Positions 1-13,700 of a DNA stretch of 64,000 nucleotides are shown piece by piece. The notes beneath the pieces are model-generated. The model was given only the letters and a program-made list of their open reading frames with translations. It did not search any database and was not told the DNA's origin. The position numbers and the translations under genes were made by a program. The stretch covers positions 2,232,001 to 2,296,000 of the forward strand of contig NC_089431.1 in assembly GCF_026210795.1 (NCBI RefSeq), given 5' to 3'. This DNA comes from Rhizophagus irregularis. Its lineage: Eukaryota. Each line of letters begins with the position of its first letter. The stretch's first letter is position 1.

Positions 1-2752
1 CTGGAACTTCCTCTCGGTCTACAAAACTTGTTCATGGTGGTGTTCGATATTTAGAGAAAGCCATAAAGGAATTAGATTATGAACAATTCAAGCTTGTAAA
101 AGAGGCACTTCATGAACGTGCCACATTTTTACATATTGCGCCATATATAAGTTATCAATTGCCAATTATGTTGCCTATATACAAGTATGATTTAACGATC
201 TTTTTTGAAAAAATTTTTTAATCGTTTAAACCGGATTGAATTCACAATAATATTACTCATTGATTAAGGTGGTGGCAAGTCCCGTATTTTTGGATTGGTT
301 CGAAATGCTATGATATGCTTGCTGGCAGAGAAGCTGTGGAAAGTTCATACTTTCTGACACGTGGCAAAGCACTTGAAGTTTTTCCATGGTTGAATAAAGA
401 CAAGCTAGTTGCTGCAATGGTTTATTATGACGGTTCGTAAAATAATAGCTCAATTACTCAGAGTAATTGTTCTATGTTCCTAACTTCAATAAGAAATTGA
501 TATTTTTCGCTGCAGTGTCCGCGTAATCGGTAGATCATTGATGTCCATTCAACCTACCTTCATTCAGGTCAACATAACGATGCACGTATGAATGTAGCAA
601 TTGCTTTAACTGCAATTTCACTTGGTGCCGTCGTTGCTAATCATGTGGAAGTGAAAAAGTTGGCGAAAAATGAAGAAGGCAAAGTTAGTGGTGCATATGT
701 AAAAGACACTCTAACCGGAGAAGAATGGCTAATAAGAGCAAAAGGGGTCATAAATGCTACTGGTGCATTTACAGGTAGGTTTATCCTAATTTATCATTTT
801 TATCTTTAATGATTTCTCAGGTTATAATTATAAAATATAATGAATAAGTTTAGTCATTACAATATAATTCACTATGAATTATATTTACGTTAGATTTCAA
901 ATATATGGCAAAAGTTAACATTTAGCGCCAAAGGCGATTGAATAATAAGAAAGTTTAAACGATTCATGATTGACATTTGGAGGTGCGTCAGCTATCAACT
1001 GACGCAAATCGTCTCCTAAGGCAAGACATATACAAACAAAAAAAAATCTGATCAAATTTTTTTTTTAAAAAATTTCAGACAGTATTCGTTCAATGGATGA
1101 CCCCAGAAATGAAAATATTGTTGCACCTTCTTCTGGAGTACATGTTACTTTACCCAATTATTATAGTCCCCGAAAAATGGGCATGATTGATCCATCAACG
1201 TCTGATGGAAGAGTTATTTTTTTTTTGCCTTGGGAAGGAAATACTATTGCTGGTACAACTGATTCACCTACAGAACTAACATATAACCCAATGCCGAAAG
1301 AAGAAGAAATACAATGGATATTGGACGAAATTAAGCGATATCTAAGTCCGGGTATATGTTATTTTAATAGTAATTTAAAAAATTTTCGTTTCTTCTATTT
1401 CATCAAAGTCTTTACATAATTTTATTTCAATTGTAGATATTAAGGTTCGTCGGGGTGATGTTTTAGCTGCATGGTCGGGAATAAGACCTTTAGTACGCGA
1501 TCCTTATGCAAAAAACACTTCAGAGTTAGTACGAAGTCACATGATTTACGTTAGTAATTCTAATTTAATTACTATTGCTGGTGGTAAATGGACAACTTAT
1601 CGCGCCATGGCTAAAGAAACGGTTGACAAAGCTATTGAGATATTGGGTAAGCAAATATATATAATATATGATATTTGTTTGTTTGTTTCCTTTTTTATTT
1701 TTGTAACTATAATACCGAAACTCTCATTTTCATGTGTTGTGAAGGATTAAAGCCTCAAAACGAGTGTCTTACAGAAAAAGCTAGACTTATTGGCTCGCAT
1801 GGGTATTCAAAAACTATGTTTATTAAGCTTATTCAGCAATTTGGATTGGAAACTGAAGTAAGTTTCATGTTACAATGTAAATAAATAATTAAGTTTGAAA
1901 TTATAATATTTCTTGCTTTATATAGACCGCTCAACATTTAGTGAATAGCTATGGGGATCGCGCTTGGGCAGTTGCCGCATTATCTAAACCTACAGGCAAA
2001 CGATGGCCAGTATTTGGTCAACGGATAAGTCCTTTTTATCCATATATTGAAGCTGAAGTACGCTATGCTGTTCGTCGAGAATATGCTTGTACTCTAGTGG
2101 TATGTAATTTTAATTATGTTTAAATTATTGATTTAAATTAGTTTAAGGTTAAATTCTATTATGGCGATACTTTTAGGATGTTATTGCACGTCGTACAAGA
2201 TTATCTTTTCTTAATGCTCAAGCAACTCTTGAATCTCTACCTCGAATTATTGAAATAATGAGTGAAGAACTTGAATGGTCTTCTGAACGACAAACTCAAG
2301 AATTTGATAAAGCTGTTGAATTTTTGTTCACTATGGGATTACCTAAACCAAAAGAAAAATTAACTATAAACAAAGTTCGAATTGAATCCTCAAAACGTTC
2401 AGAAAATGGAGTTCTTTATTCTCGTTCACAATTTCAGCCAGAAGAATTGGCTAGTTTTCAAAAGGTCTTTTCAGATTTGGATATTTCAGGTGATGGACGT
2501 ATAATGACAAGCGATTTAGAAAAAGCTTTAGTATTAGTAGAATATTCTATCCCTAAAAATACGTTAAATTCAATTATTTCTGAAGCAAAATTTGATAGAG
2601 AAGATTCCATTGAATTTGAAGAATTTTTGGAATTTATGAGTGATGTAAAAGAGGCACAACTTAAGCATGCATTTCCCGAGATAGTTGATTATCAAATAGG
2701 CAAGCATGAACAAAAGAGAATTCCAATTGAAAGATCATCTGGCGGTGTATAG
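1..2752 (+). CDS. GUT2: Mitochondrial FAD-dependent glycerol-3-phosphate dehydrogenase with C-terminal EF-hand region (5' end lies outside window; 8 exons visible)
   Basis: Spliced translation gives TSSRSTKLVHGGVRYL, GQHNDARMN, VINATG, DGRVIFFLPW, IAGGKWTTYRAMA and C-terminal IPIERSSGGV. Exons approx. 1-185, 269-432, 568-774, 1079-1351, 1437-1646, 1745-1857, 1926-2099, 2177-2752, joined by GT-AG introns. Confidence 0.95.
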
Positions 2753-3181
2753 ATTTAATGACATTATTAATTTCTTCGAAGTTGTTTATGTTGCAGATGA
2801 AAATTAATTTTATTCCATTTATTATTATATATCTTATAAATTACACTATATTTTTTTTATCTATTAAATTGCTATAATTACTATGCTAATAATTAAATGG
2901 TTATCTTTTTTTTTGTGGAATTACAAAAGTAAATATCACTTAATTACTGTGGTCCGAGTTATCGGATTAATTTATGGGAAATTTTGCGATCCACTTAAAA
3001 ATATAACAATAAATTATTTATTAGCTAAAAAATGCTTGTTAATTTCAACTTATTGTAGCATCACAGTATCACAGTATCAATTATAAAAAAAAAATCTTAG
3101 ACGCATCATTGCTGATCAATCTAATTGATAAAAATGATAACCATAGCCGATCAAGAAATTTTTTTTCCCTCGGAAAATTAA

Positions 3182-5898
3182 ATGACAACTACAGAAGAAA
3201 AACATTCAATAGCTTCTTTGAATACAAACCAAAACATTTTTGGTTCAAATTCTTCATTATGTAGTAAAACCACATTATTTGTTCGTAGGATACCATATGA
3301 TGCTATAAACAGTGAATTTGAAGAATTCTTTTCAAGTATGGGGCCTCTTAGATCCTGCTTCCTCGTTAAAGATAAGGAAGAAACTAACAATGCTTTAATA
3401 AGCAATTCTATTAGCGACGATTCGATTTTTCCTTCCATTAGTAGTGAAAAAATAACTTTCACTAAAGGAATGATTCCAGTGGTTAAGAATACAGAAAAAA
3501 ATAAAGGTTTTGGTTTTGTTCAATTTGTTTTGGCTCAAGATGCCGAAAAAGCTTTAAAAGAATTAAAAAAAGTTAAGTTTAGAGGTAAAGGTACTTTGAA
3601 AATGGAATATGCTACTAAAAAACATGAAAAACCTCCTGAAGCTATTCAAAAAATTATTAAAAGAAAATCTTCTCCACAAGATGATAATAATAAAAGAAAA
3701 TTAATAAAAATGGAATTCATTGAAAAAGATAGTGATAGAACCATTGTATTACAGGATTTACCTAAAAATTTGACTAGGAAAAAAATTTATAAAAAAATTA
3801 GGAAATTTGGTTACGTTCAAGATATGAAATTTCCTAACGGTGAAAATTCTACTGATATTGGTAAGTCTGCTTATATTTAATATTTAATTTAAAGGAAAAG
3901 ACGTATTAAAGTTAAATTTATTTTCTTTCTTTCTTTTTATATTTATATATAGTACACGTTATTTTTAAATCAGTCAAAGATGCTAATGATGCATTATTGC
4001 ATTTGGATGGTCACACTTTCCATGGATTAACGATGAGCGCAAAATTATTGTCAAAGGCAAATGACAAAAAAGGTCGCTTGATAGTTCGCAACATTCCATG
4101 GCAGGTATGTATGTAACACTGATTTAAAGACTGTAATTTACCTGTAATTTACTCTTTAACTAAAATTTATAATAGTATCGCGAACAAGAACTTTTAAAAA
4201 TTTTTTCCAGATATGGTGAAGTAATAGAAGTAAATTTGCCACGTAAATTCATAGGGGGTCCTTTACGTGGATTTGCGTATATACAATATACTAATCCCAA
4301 ATATGCAGAGAAGGTATCATTTTTTATATATAATGTGAAATCTTTATTACTTTAAAAAAATATATTGATTTATATTTTTTGTAGGCGATTGGTGAACTGA
4401 ATGAAACGAAACATCATGGACGTACTATAGCTGTGGATTGGGCATTACCAAAAGACAAGTATTTGGAAGCTATTGGATCACGGCAAATAGGGAAACTTGA
4501 TGAAGAGAGAATGCAAAATAATGATTCTGAAGAAAAGGGAATGGGTAATGATCAGGAAGAAGACAACGATGTTGAAGATGAAATGGAGCAGGATGAGGAT
4601 GAACAAGAGGAAGATAATATTATAAATGAAGGCGATGATGAGTTGCAGTATGAGAAACAAGAGGTAGATGATGATATGAACTACACAAATGTGTCAGATA
4701 ATGTTAGCTCTGTTACTGAAAATAAAATTCCTGGTGAAGTTAATGATAAGGAAAAATCAAGCGAGGACGAGAGCGATGTTATAGAAACCCATAACGAAGT
4801 ACCAAAGATGATGTATCCGCTTTCTAAAGGAACTGTATTATTCATTCGGAATCTATCTTTCGATGCCACAGATGAAGAACTCTCTAATATGTAATATCAT
4901 ATTTGTTAGCTTGATATTTCTGCAAAATAGATGATATTAATAATATTATTATGTCCTTTTACATCTTTTACATCTTTTACATCTTTTACATTAGATTTAG
5001 ACCATTTGGACCATTACGTTATTGTGTAATAACGATAGATCATCAAACAGGACGTTCACGTGGCACAGGATTTGTTTGTTTCAAACAAAAAGAACACGCG
5101 GAAGCATGTTTAGACGAAGCAAGAAAATCAAATCAAGAAATGTTTAGTGAATGGGAAGTGAATAATAAGAAAAAGAAACGAAAAGAAATAATATTTAAAT
5201 CGATTCTTACAGCAGATCCATCAGATTCATTAGCTAACAAATTTACATTACACGGAAGAGTATTATCAATAGTTAAGGCTGTTGATAGAAACGAAGCGGA
5301 TAAATTAACGAAAATGAATCAACAAAGAAAGCGCAAAGAAGACAAAAGAAATGTTTATTTGATGCAAGAAGGAGTGATCTTTCCAAATACAAAAGCAGCT
5401 AAATTATTAACTCCATCAGAAGTTAACAAATTTGTTGCATCATATTCTATGAGAAAGAATTTATTAGCAAAAAATCCGAATCTTTATATTTCAAAAACTA
5501 GATTATCGATAAGAAATTTACCACTAACAATAGATGAAAATAAATTAAGAATTTTAGGAAAAGAAAGCATTAAAAAGTTTAAAGAGGAGGTTGAAAGTAA
5601 AGAAAGGAAGGATTTGACTGAAAATGAGAAAATAGGATGGAATAAAAAAGTAGTTATTAAGCAGGCTAAAATAGTTAGAGCCAAGGATAGAATAGATACA
5701 GTAACGCAGAAACCACGCAGTAAAGGATATGGATTTTTGGAATTCGCGCAGCATGCACATGCATTAGCAGCGTTAAGATATCTTAATAATAATCCAGAAT
5801 TATTCGGGGAGAAGAAAAGATTAATTGTAGAATTTGCAGTAGAAAATTTTATTATTGTCAAAAAGAGATTAGCAAGATTAGGCAATAATAAAAAATGA
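3182..5898 (+). CDS. NOP4: Multi-RRM nucleolar protein (Nop4/RBM28 family)
   Basis: RNP1 motifs KGFGFVQF, RGFAYIQY, RGTGFVCF and KGYGFLEF, an acidic linker, and C-terminal SKTRLSIRNLP...AHALAALRYLNNNP...RLIVEFAVEN. Exons approx. 3182-3860, 3953-4104, 4176-4313, 4386-4890, 4995-5898. Confidence 0.9.
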
Positions 5899-6209
5899 CG
5901 TTAAATAAGACAATACTAAGAAGAGAAAGGTTAGTGTATAAATATTTTATTAGTAATAAATAATAATGATTTACTACTTAAATATTTATTATCTAATTTT
6001 ATTCTAGACATGATAATAAATTTAGTAAAATTCTGTATTTTCATGAATCAGTGAATATTATACAATATGGCGACATGTATCTTCTCTATTGATTAATAAT
6101 AATCTCATAATAATACTAATACATTAGAAAATCAATGGTAATAGAGGAAAAAAAAAAATTTTTTTTTGTGTCTGAAACTAAAAGTAAAAAAGCCTAATCA
6201 TTTAATTAA

Positions 6210-7823
6210 TTATGTATCTAAACATTCCCGAATATAATCTTTTGGAATGTGAGAATCGACTAAGGTTAAAAACGCTTTTAGAGTACATAAAGATTTATCT
6301 TTAGGGTGATGTTTATCATCATTTTGACAGGCAGGCAATTCTAAAATTTTATCGTTATATCTTACACGAACATAATGATTATCTTGAGCAGAAGAAAATT
6401 CTTCCTTGGATTCAAATAATTCTAATATAAGATGTGAATTGAATTTTGGCCATCTATGATCAAATGCATTGAATGTTGCTATTAAAGGAGCTAATGTTGA
6501 ATCATGTCCACTGTATATTGCAAATTTTAAATCTTCTGCTTCGGGTATATTGTTTACTTTTGAGAGAATAATATCACGTAAATCAGCAATGAATGGACCT
6601 ATTGCTAATCTTCTCATTTCTAATGTTTCATAAAATCTTTTTATATAAACTAGATATTAGTGCACAGTACTTGCCGGAATTGAGAAATTATTCTTGCCAA
6701 CTTACCCATTAAACCATTCACCAGTGGATATTTCATCGATTTTATCTATAACTTCTTCAGTGAATTCTTTCGGAATAGGAATTTTATTTGCTTTTGCTAG
6801 AAAATTAAAAGGTTGTAATAATAAAAAACTCTAGAGAATTGACGTCCAATATTCTACTTACCTGCAGTTACAGTATCAAATATTTCGTTTAAAGAAGGCT
6901 TAGAATCAAGCTTAACTTCGTTTACAATAGGTTTTAATTGAGTAGTTAAATATTTTAAATCGGATTCATAACGTAATTTTGAAGCCTCCCCAAATTGCTT
7001 AATCAGTGTCATTAAGCGCTTACATTTACTATTTTGATGTAAAGTTTCTTTATAAAAGGCTCTATTTATATAAGAATGTTAGATATTAATATTTTATTAC
7101 TAAGATCATATATTAATATATTAATAAATAAATACCTAGTATGAATTTTTAAAACGTACGAATTGGATCTGTATTGGGATGGATATAATCCGCCAATAAC
7201 TAGCTGCTGCAATGATTCGAATGTTCTTGCATAGTTGGTTGAACGTAAATAAAGTAATTTATCGTTTGATAATTTTTCATCCAAAAATTTTAATTTGTCT
7301 ACATATAATGTTCGAAAGTGAGCACCTAACTCAGTCATTGACCTACGCCCAATATCTGTTAACTACTCGAGCCAAAATTTTATTTAAAAATTTTAAATCT
7401 TAAATACTATTTATATACTCATATTATATATTCTATATTTTTATTATTATTTATTATTACCTGTCCAAACGCGCATGTTCCGGGAGAGGGAAAAGAATGA
7501 GAGTCAATACGTCTATAAGTAAATTGCTCGTACCCTAATTTTAAATTATCTTGATTATTTTTGTCCTCTTGAAATAATAAAATACTCGATTGAAATTCTT
7601 TTGCTTCGTGACATAAATTCCACAATGGGGGTATAACATGTTCTAGGAATGGTTTAACTGGCGTACGTTCACCTAAGTAATAATAAATAAAATAAAAATA
7701 AAATTTTTTACATAAATGTCACTTTTTAATTATACCGTGTCTATGAATCACTTGAACCAATTTCAATTGTAAATGATCTGGATAATAAAATCGGATTTTC
7801 TCATCGTCGTATGACGGAGGCAT
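6210..7823 (-). CDS. Histidine acid phosphatase (clade 2, ACP6-like)
   Basis: ATG at 7823; the RHGERTP catalytic motif is split by an intron near 7674-7735; later RSTNYARTFESL and YSGHDST (HD motif); several GT-AG introns. Confidence 0.9.
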
Positions 7824-8084
7824 TGTTACAATAAAAATTTTTTTTTGATTGCCTTATATAATTTAAATAATAACAATTGAATTTTTTTTCTATTGTCATG
7901 TTTTAAAATGTAATTTACTATCACATAATAATTTAGCTTTTTTTTTAGTGATACATAATTTTCAGGAGTTAAAAAAAGCATCGCAGGTCGTTTTTTATTT
8001 AGGTTTAAAACAAATAATTTTTAATAAATTTCATTGGCGATACTGAGTCGATTACAAATTGTTCACGTTATCATTCTTTCAACA

Positions 8085-10153
8085 TGGAAATTACAAAAGA
8101 ACGACGTGTAAACAAAGTAAATAATACGTTCAATGATTTCTTGGAAACTACGTACAGACCAAGGCAAATATAAAAATATAAATTAATTTATTTTAAATTA
8201 TGGTCTTTTTACTTAAAAACCGACTTTATAATCTAGAACATGGGTAATTCAAAAAATTGAATCGATGATTGAAAGATTATTGTTTGATATTGCAAAGAAA
8301 CGTCCACCAGTAATTAATTCGGTATCGAATATCAAACGAAAAGAGAATCATTCCAGGTAGTCTAAATATTTGTGCGAAAAAATAATTTCTTCAGCTAAAA
8401 ATTTTCATGATATACCGTAGATATGACGCACAAAATGGCATTATACGAAGAAAAAACAATAATCTTTCTAATAAACAAATACAGTTTTTATCAACAAAAA
8501 ATCCCAAAACATTTGTTATTATGATTCGTATTCTTGATATTTGCCATGAACTTTTAATTCAAAATGTAACTGCTACTAAACGTGACATTTATTATAAAGA
8601 TGTCAAATTATTTGGTAACTCACAAACTGTTGATCTGGTAAGATCAAACAATGCTTAAATTTACAAATCGAAAAAAATTTACATATCTTTTCACTTAGGT
8701 AATAGATGAATTGGCATGTTTTTTTCAAATACCAAGATCCTGTTTAAATGTGGTAAGCAACTTGTAATTTGTTACGTATATGATAATTTATGTGAATTAA
8801 AATTTTTCTATTCATAAGATTGCTTCCGCCAAAGGATTAGTCGCTGGTTCATTAAAAATAATTCAAAAAGATAGGTCTATATTAGATTGCTCAAAAACGA
8901 GTTGTCAGGTAATTCAGTAAAATTACTTTATTTAATTTAACGAAAATTTTTTTTTACGTGTTCTCTTTTTTATAAGGGAACGCTTATACCAACTATGGAT
9001 CTAATTGATAATATCCTTTAAGTGTCATAACATTTTATTAATTAAAATAAAAAATTTCCCTTAATAATTCAAACGAATTGAGACCAATGCTGAATTCGTC
9101 TTGGTCATAGAAAAAGAAGTATAACATACTTTTGTTTATTATACTCATTTTTTTTTCTTTCGATTTTATTCAAAATTTATATCATTTTTAATATAATTAG
9201 GCAACATTTCAATACATTTTATCGAGCAAAATGCACGAGCAATTTGGACCTTGCATCTTAATTACAGTGTGTAAAATTGATCATATGTATATCATTTATT
9301 TTTATTTTTCAAATTAAATTAATCTTGTATTTTTTTATTAAAGGGAAAAGGGTATCCGGTTTGTATCATTTTATGAGTTTGATATATTAAGCATTGTAAC
9401 AATTTTTATCGCAGTAAATTAGGATATAGCCACTCGTCAATTAGTTAAAAATTTAAGTGATTTACGTCGACCAGATGAAACGTATCCATTTCTACAAATA
9501 TTAGGATTCTTTGACAATGATCCATACGGTGAATGACATTCATTTTGATTTTGTGAATTTCTGTTTTTTTTTCTTAAAATTAAAAATGAATTTCGTTTTT
9601 TCGTTATTAGGAATAGAAATTCTTTGCGTTTATAAATTCGGATCATTGGTAATATAAAAATCGGATCTTCTGTAAATTATTAAATGGAAAATAATTCACA
9701 TATAATATACATAATGTAGACCATGTCATTTGACAATGAAAATTTGGCAACGCCTGGTATAAAATGGCTCGGGTTACACTGTTCAGACTGGAAAAAGTAA
9801 AGTACAAAGTTCTTGTCAAACTGGTCAGTTGTAACTATATTGCTAAAACTCTATATATAGGTATAGGATTTCAAAGAGTTCTTTAATAAGGATATCTTCC
9901 GCCGACAGAAAAAAAGCATATCATTTGTTACAACGCAATTATCTTCAAGCCGAATGGAAGTAAGCTATTATCGTTATGTTCATTACGAGATTTACCATTG
10001 TTTAATTACTAAAGTTAATATTGTTTTTTTAGAAAAGAAATTTGCCTAATATTGTATATGGGATATAAAGCTGAAATACAAAGTTTGGACGATTGTGAAA
10101 ATGTGAATTTACTAAATTACCTAATATCCAAAATAAGTCGTAGCCGTTTTTAA
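8085..10153 (+). CDS. SPO11: Meiotic double-strand-break topoisomerase VI-A homologue, about 14 exons
   Basis: Spliced reading gives TKRDIYY (catalytic Tyr), ASAKGLVAG, FVLVIEKEATF, TGKGYPDIATR, FDNDPYG (TOPRIM DxD), IKWLG and KAEIQSL, ending at TAA 10151-10153. The first-exon donor is uncertain (GT at 8152 or GC at 8164). Confidence 0.93.
9011..9074 (+). other. U12-type (minor spliceosome) AT-AC intron in SPO11
   Basis: 5' ATATCCTTT at 9011, branch-site TTTCCCTTAAT at 9055-9065, terminal AC at 9073-9074. Removal joins MDLID-R-IETNAEFVLVIEKE in frame; retention gives an immediate TAA. Confidence 0.9.
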
Positions 10154-10787
10154 ATTTAACTGTATATTACGAAATTTCTTTTAAAAATCACTTTGTAAAT
10201 ATCACATTAATCTTATTTTAAATAATCGGAAATTACACAAATTATACCAAACTGGACGATTTAATCTAGACTATAAAAAAAGCTTCTAGACTTGGTATAG
10301 ATAGACAAAATGATATCATAAATACGTTAGTGTTACTTACATAAATAAAAGATTGTCTTATGACTCTTAAATATTTGGCTAATTGTTTTAGTTTAATTTG
10401 TGTGACAACTTCGAAAAACATGCGTTTATGTAATATGTATGTGTAGCAAATAAATTAGATACGGCACCCATCCGAATAAATCATTCATTGTGATGGGAAT
10501 TTATTTGAATTTTTATTATACATGTATCAGATAAAAAAATAACCATTGTAAGAAAAAAAGAAATAGTCAAAAAAAATTTATAAAAAAATTGAATTTACAG
10601 CATAAAAAAAAACAAATTTATACAACTAAAAATTTCATATTCTAAGTAGTTTAAGCTTTTTTTTTGCTAAATAATCTTATAAACTTACAAACCTTCAATC
10701 AAATGGATATTGAATAAATAAAAAATTTAATTAAATAAAATATCATACAATAATGTTTTTGTTGAATTACTCAAAACTTGCACAATG

Positions 10788-13700
10788 TTATATCTTCGAG
10801 CTTATGGAGCTTATGGTATCCTATATAAACATTTGAATGTGAATGTTAGAATAGAAATGTTACATCTGTTATTGAATGGGAGGCATTCATTTACATACAT
10901 TGCGTCCATCAGGGATAGATATTTCTTCTATAGGATTTTTTACAGGAAATTTATTTATAGTGGCAATGAGATCGTTCATTCCTAATAACATTTTACATAA
11001 ATAAAAAATAAATTTACAGATCAATAAACTTTTACGTTAAATTAATAAAAATATAGATGATGACATACTTAATGGTTTCGTAACATATTCATCCATTCCT
11101 GCAAAAAGACATTTCTCTCGATCTCCTATCATTGCGTGAGCCGTTAAAGCAATTATAGGAACATGACCACCGGTTTCTTGTTCAAATTCTCGTATCTTTT
11201 GTGTGGCTTCAAATCCACCCATTATAGGCATTTGTACATCCATCAATATCTAATTAACAACCAGGGAACGTTAGTAATTTTTTTTTTTAATAACAAATAT
11301 CGATATTATATGTAAGACTCACAAGATCATATCGTTTAGCTTTAAAAGCCTCAACGGCCAATTGTCCATTTGATACTATTTCAACTCTATGGCCAAATTT
11401 CTCTAATATTTTAACCGCTAATTTTTGATTCACAATATTATCTTCGGCCATTAAAATATCTAATGGTTGTTGCCTTGCAAAATCACTTGGAACCGCAGCA
11501 TGAGACTCAAGTGCTGGCAATAAAGCATTCATTAAATCAGGTAAATTCGATGGCGTACTACTATATGATGTGATACCAAGATCAATACAATTTTTCATAT
11601 TTAAGTTAGGTATCTCTGGAGCTAAAAGAACTATGGGGATGTATCTTAAATGTGTAATCTCTCTTAATCTTTCAACAATGCTTAAATCATCAACAATTAC
11701 TGTGTCGAACAAGGGTGTATCTGATTTTCGAGAAGCTGTTATAAGTGCGGCCTCCTCTACAGAACAAGCAATTTTTGGTCTAAGGCTTAATTCTTCAATT
11801 ATACTGACAACACCCGTTTTATCATGCATTGTATCAATAAATAAGACATGCCGACCATGCCAAGGATTCATTTTTTGTTCTATTGTTTCTCGGCTCATTG
11901 TACCCAAAGTTACTTTAACTGTAAAGTAGAATTCAGATCCATGTCCGTATACGCTCTTTACCCATAAATCACCACCCATTAAAGACACAAGACGTTTTGA
12001 TATTGAAAGACCTAAACCAGTACCACCATATTTTCTTGTTGTTGAACCATCAGCCTGACAAAAAGTATCAAATATCATATCAATCTTGTCTTCCTGAATA
12101 CCTATACCAGTATCACTAACGCAAAATTCCAAAATTACTCGATCATCCTCGATTAATTGTGTGTGTACTGAAAGAACAACTTCACCTTCAGTGGTAAACT
12201 TGATGGCATTTCCGATCAGATTTGTTATTACTTGTCTTAAACGTAATGGATCACCGATAAGTTGATCAGGTATTCCATTATCTACATCATAAATTAAATC
12301 TAACTTCTTTTGATTTGCTTTAACCGCAAGTGTTTTAAGTACTCCAAATACGGCTGATCGTAGTGAAAAAGGAATTTGTTCAATAGTCATACGACCGGCT
12401 TCAACTATATTTAATGAATTTAAACATCAAATAAATTTTTAAGTTTCACTATTAAATAAAATAACGATAGATACAAATTGCTCGCTTAACTTACTTTTTG
12501 AGATGTCTAAAATATCATCGATAATTGTCAACAAAGAGTTGGCTAATGTACTTACAATCATCAGATTTTCGCGTTGCTGTCTTGTCAATTCGGTTTCTAG
12601 GGTTAACGTAGTCATTCCAATAATGCCATTCATAGGTGTACGAATCTGTATTCAAAAATTGATCAAATTACAAAATGTGCCTTGTTATTTAAAAAAAGTA
12701 AAAAAAGTAAAACAAATAATAAAATACCTCATGTGACATATTAGCTAGAAATTCACTTTTACTTCTATTAGCTAATTCTGCAGCTTCTCTTGCAGCTGTA
12801 TTCTTTTGAATACTTTCTCTTAAGTTATAAACCATTTGATTGATTTTTGTTTTAAGGGAATCCATTTCACCCGAAGCATCAACAGTAATATACTGTGTGA
12901 AATCGCCATCCGTTGCCGCAGCGGATATTTGAGCAAATGCACGGACCTGCGAAGTTAAGTTGGAAGCCATAGTATTGACGTTAGATGTAATTTCTTTCCA
13001 TGTACCTTTAACATCTTTTACTTGTGCTTGGACTCCAAGTTTTCCCTCTGTACCAACTTCACGAGCTACACGTGTTACTTCAGCAGCAAAGGTAGACAAC
13101 TAATACAGTTTTGTTATAATTTCGATATCAAAAAAAACATTTATATTCAATTTTTTTTTTTAGCTAATAAATTTAATCCATAAAGATAAACATATAATTA
13201 CCTGATCTACCATAGTATTTATAGTATTCTTCAAATCCAAGATTTCTCCTTTGACATTCACTGTAATTTTCTTGCTGAGATCACCACAAGCCACGCTCTT
13301 ACAGACATTTGCAATATCACGTACTTGTGCCGTAAGGTTAGACGCCATGGTGTTGACATTATCCGTTAATTCCTTCCATGTACCACCAACGTCTTTGACA
13401 TGCGCTTGGACTCCAAGTATACCTTCTGTACCTACTTCACGTGCTACACGTGTTACTTCTGCAGCAAACATACGAAGTTGGTCAACCATGGAATTTACTG
13501 TATCTTTTAATTCAAGTATTTCGCCTTTGACATCTACACTGATCTTTTTGCTCAAATCACCGCAAGCTACAGCGGTCGTGACCTCGGCTATAGACCGTAC
13601 TTGCGTGGTTAAATTAGCTGCCATAATATTTACATTATCCGTTAGTACTTTCCACGTGCCTTCCACATCTTTAACAACAGCTTGGCCTCCAAGTTTTCCT

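Noticed and set aside
433..567. Possible intronic riboswitch in a GUT2 intron
   Set aside because: Only a weak GGTAG/CTACC stem; no TPP aptamer motifs.
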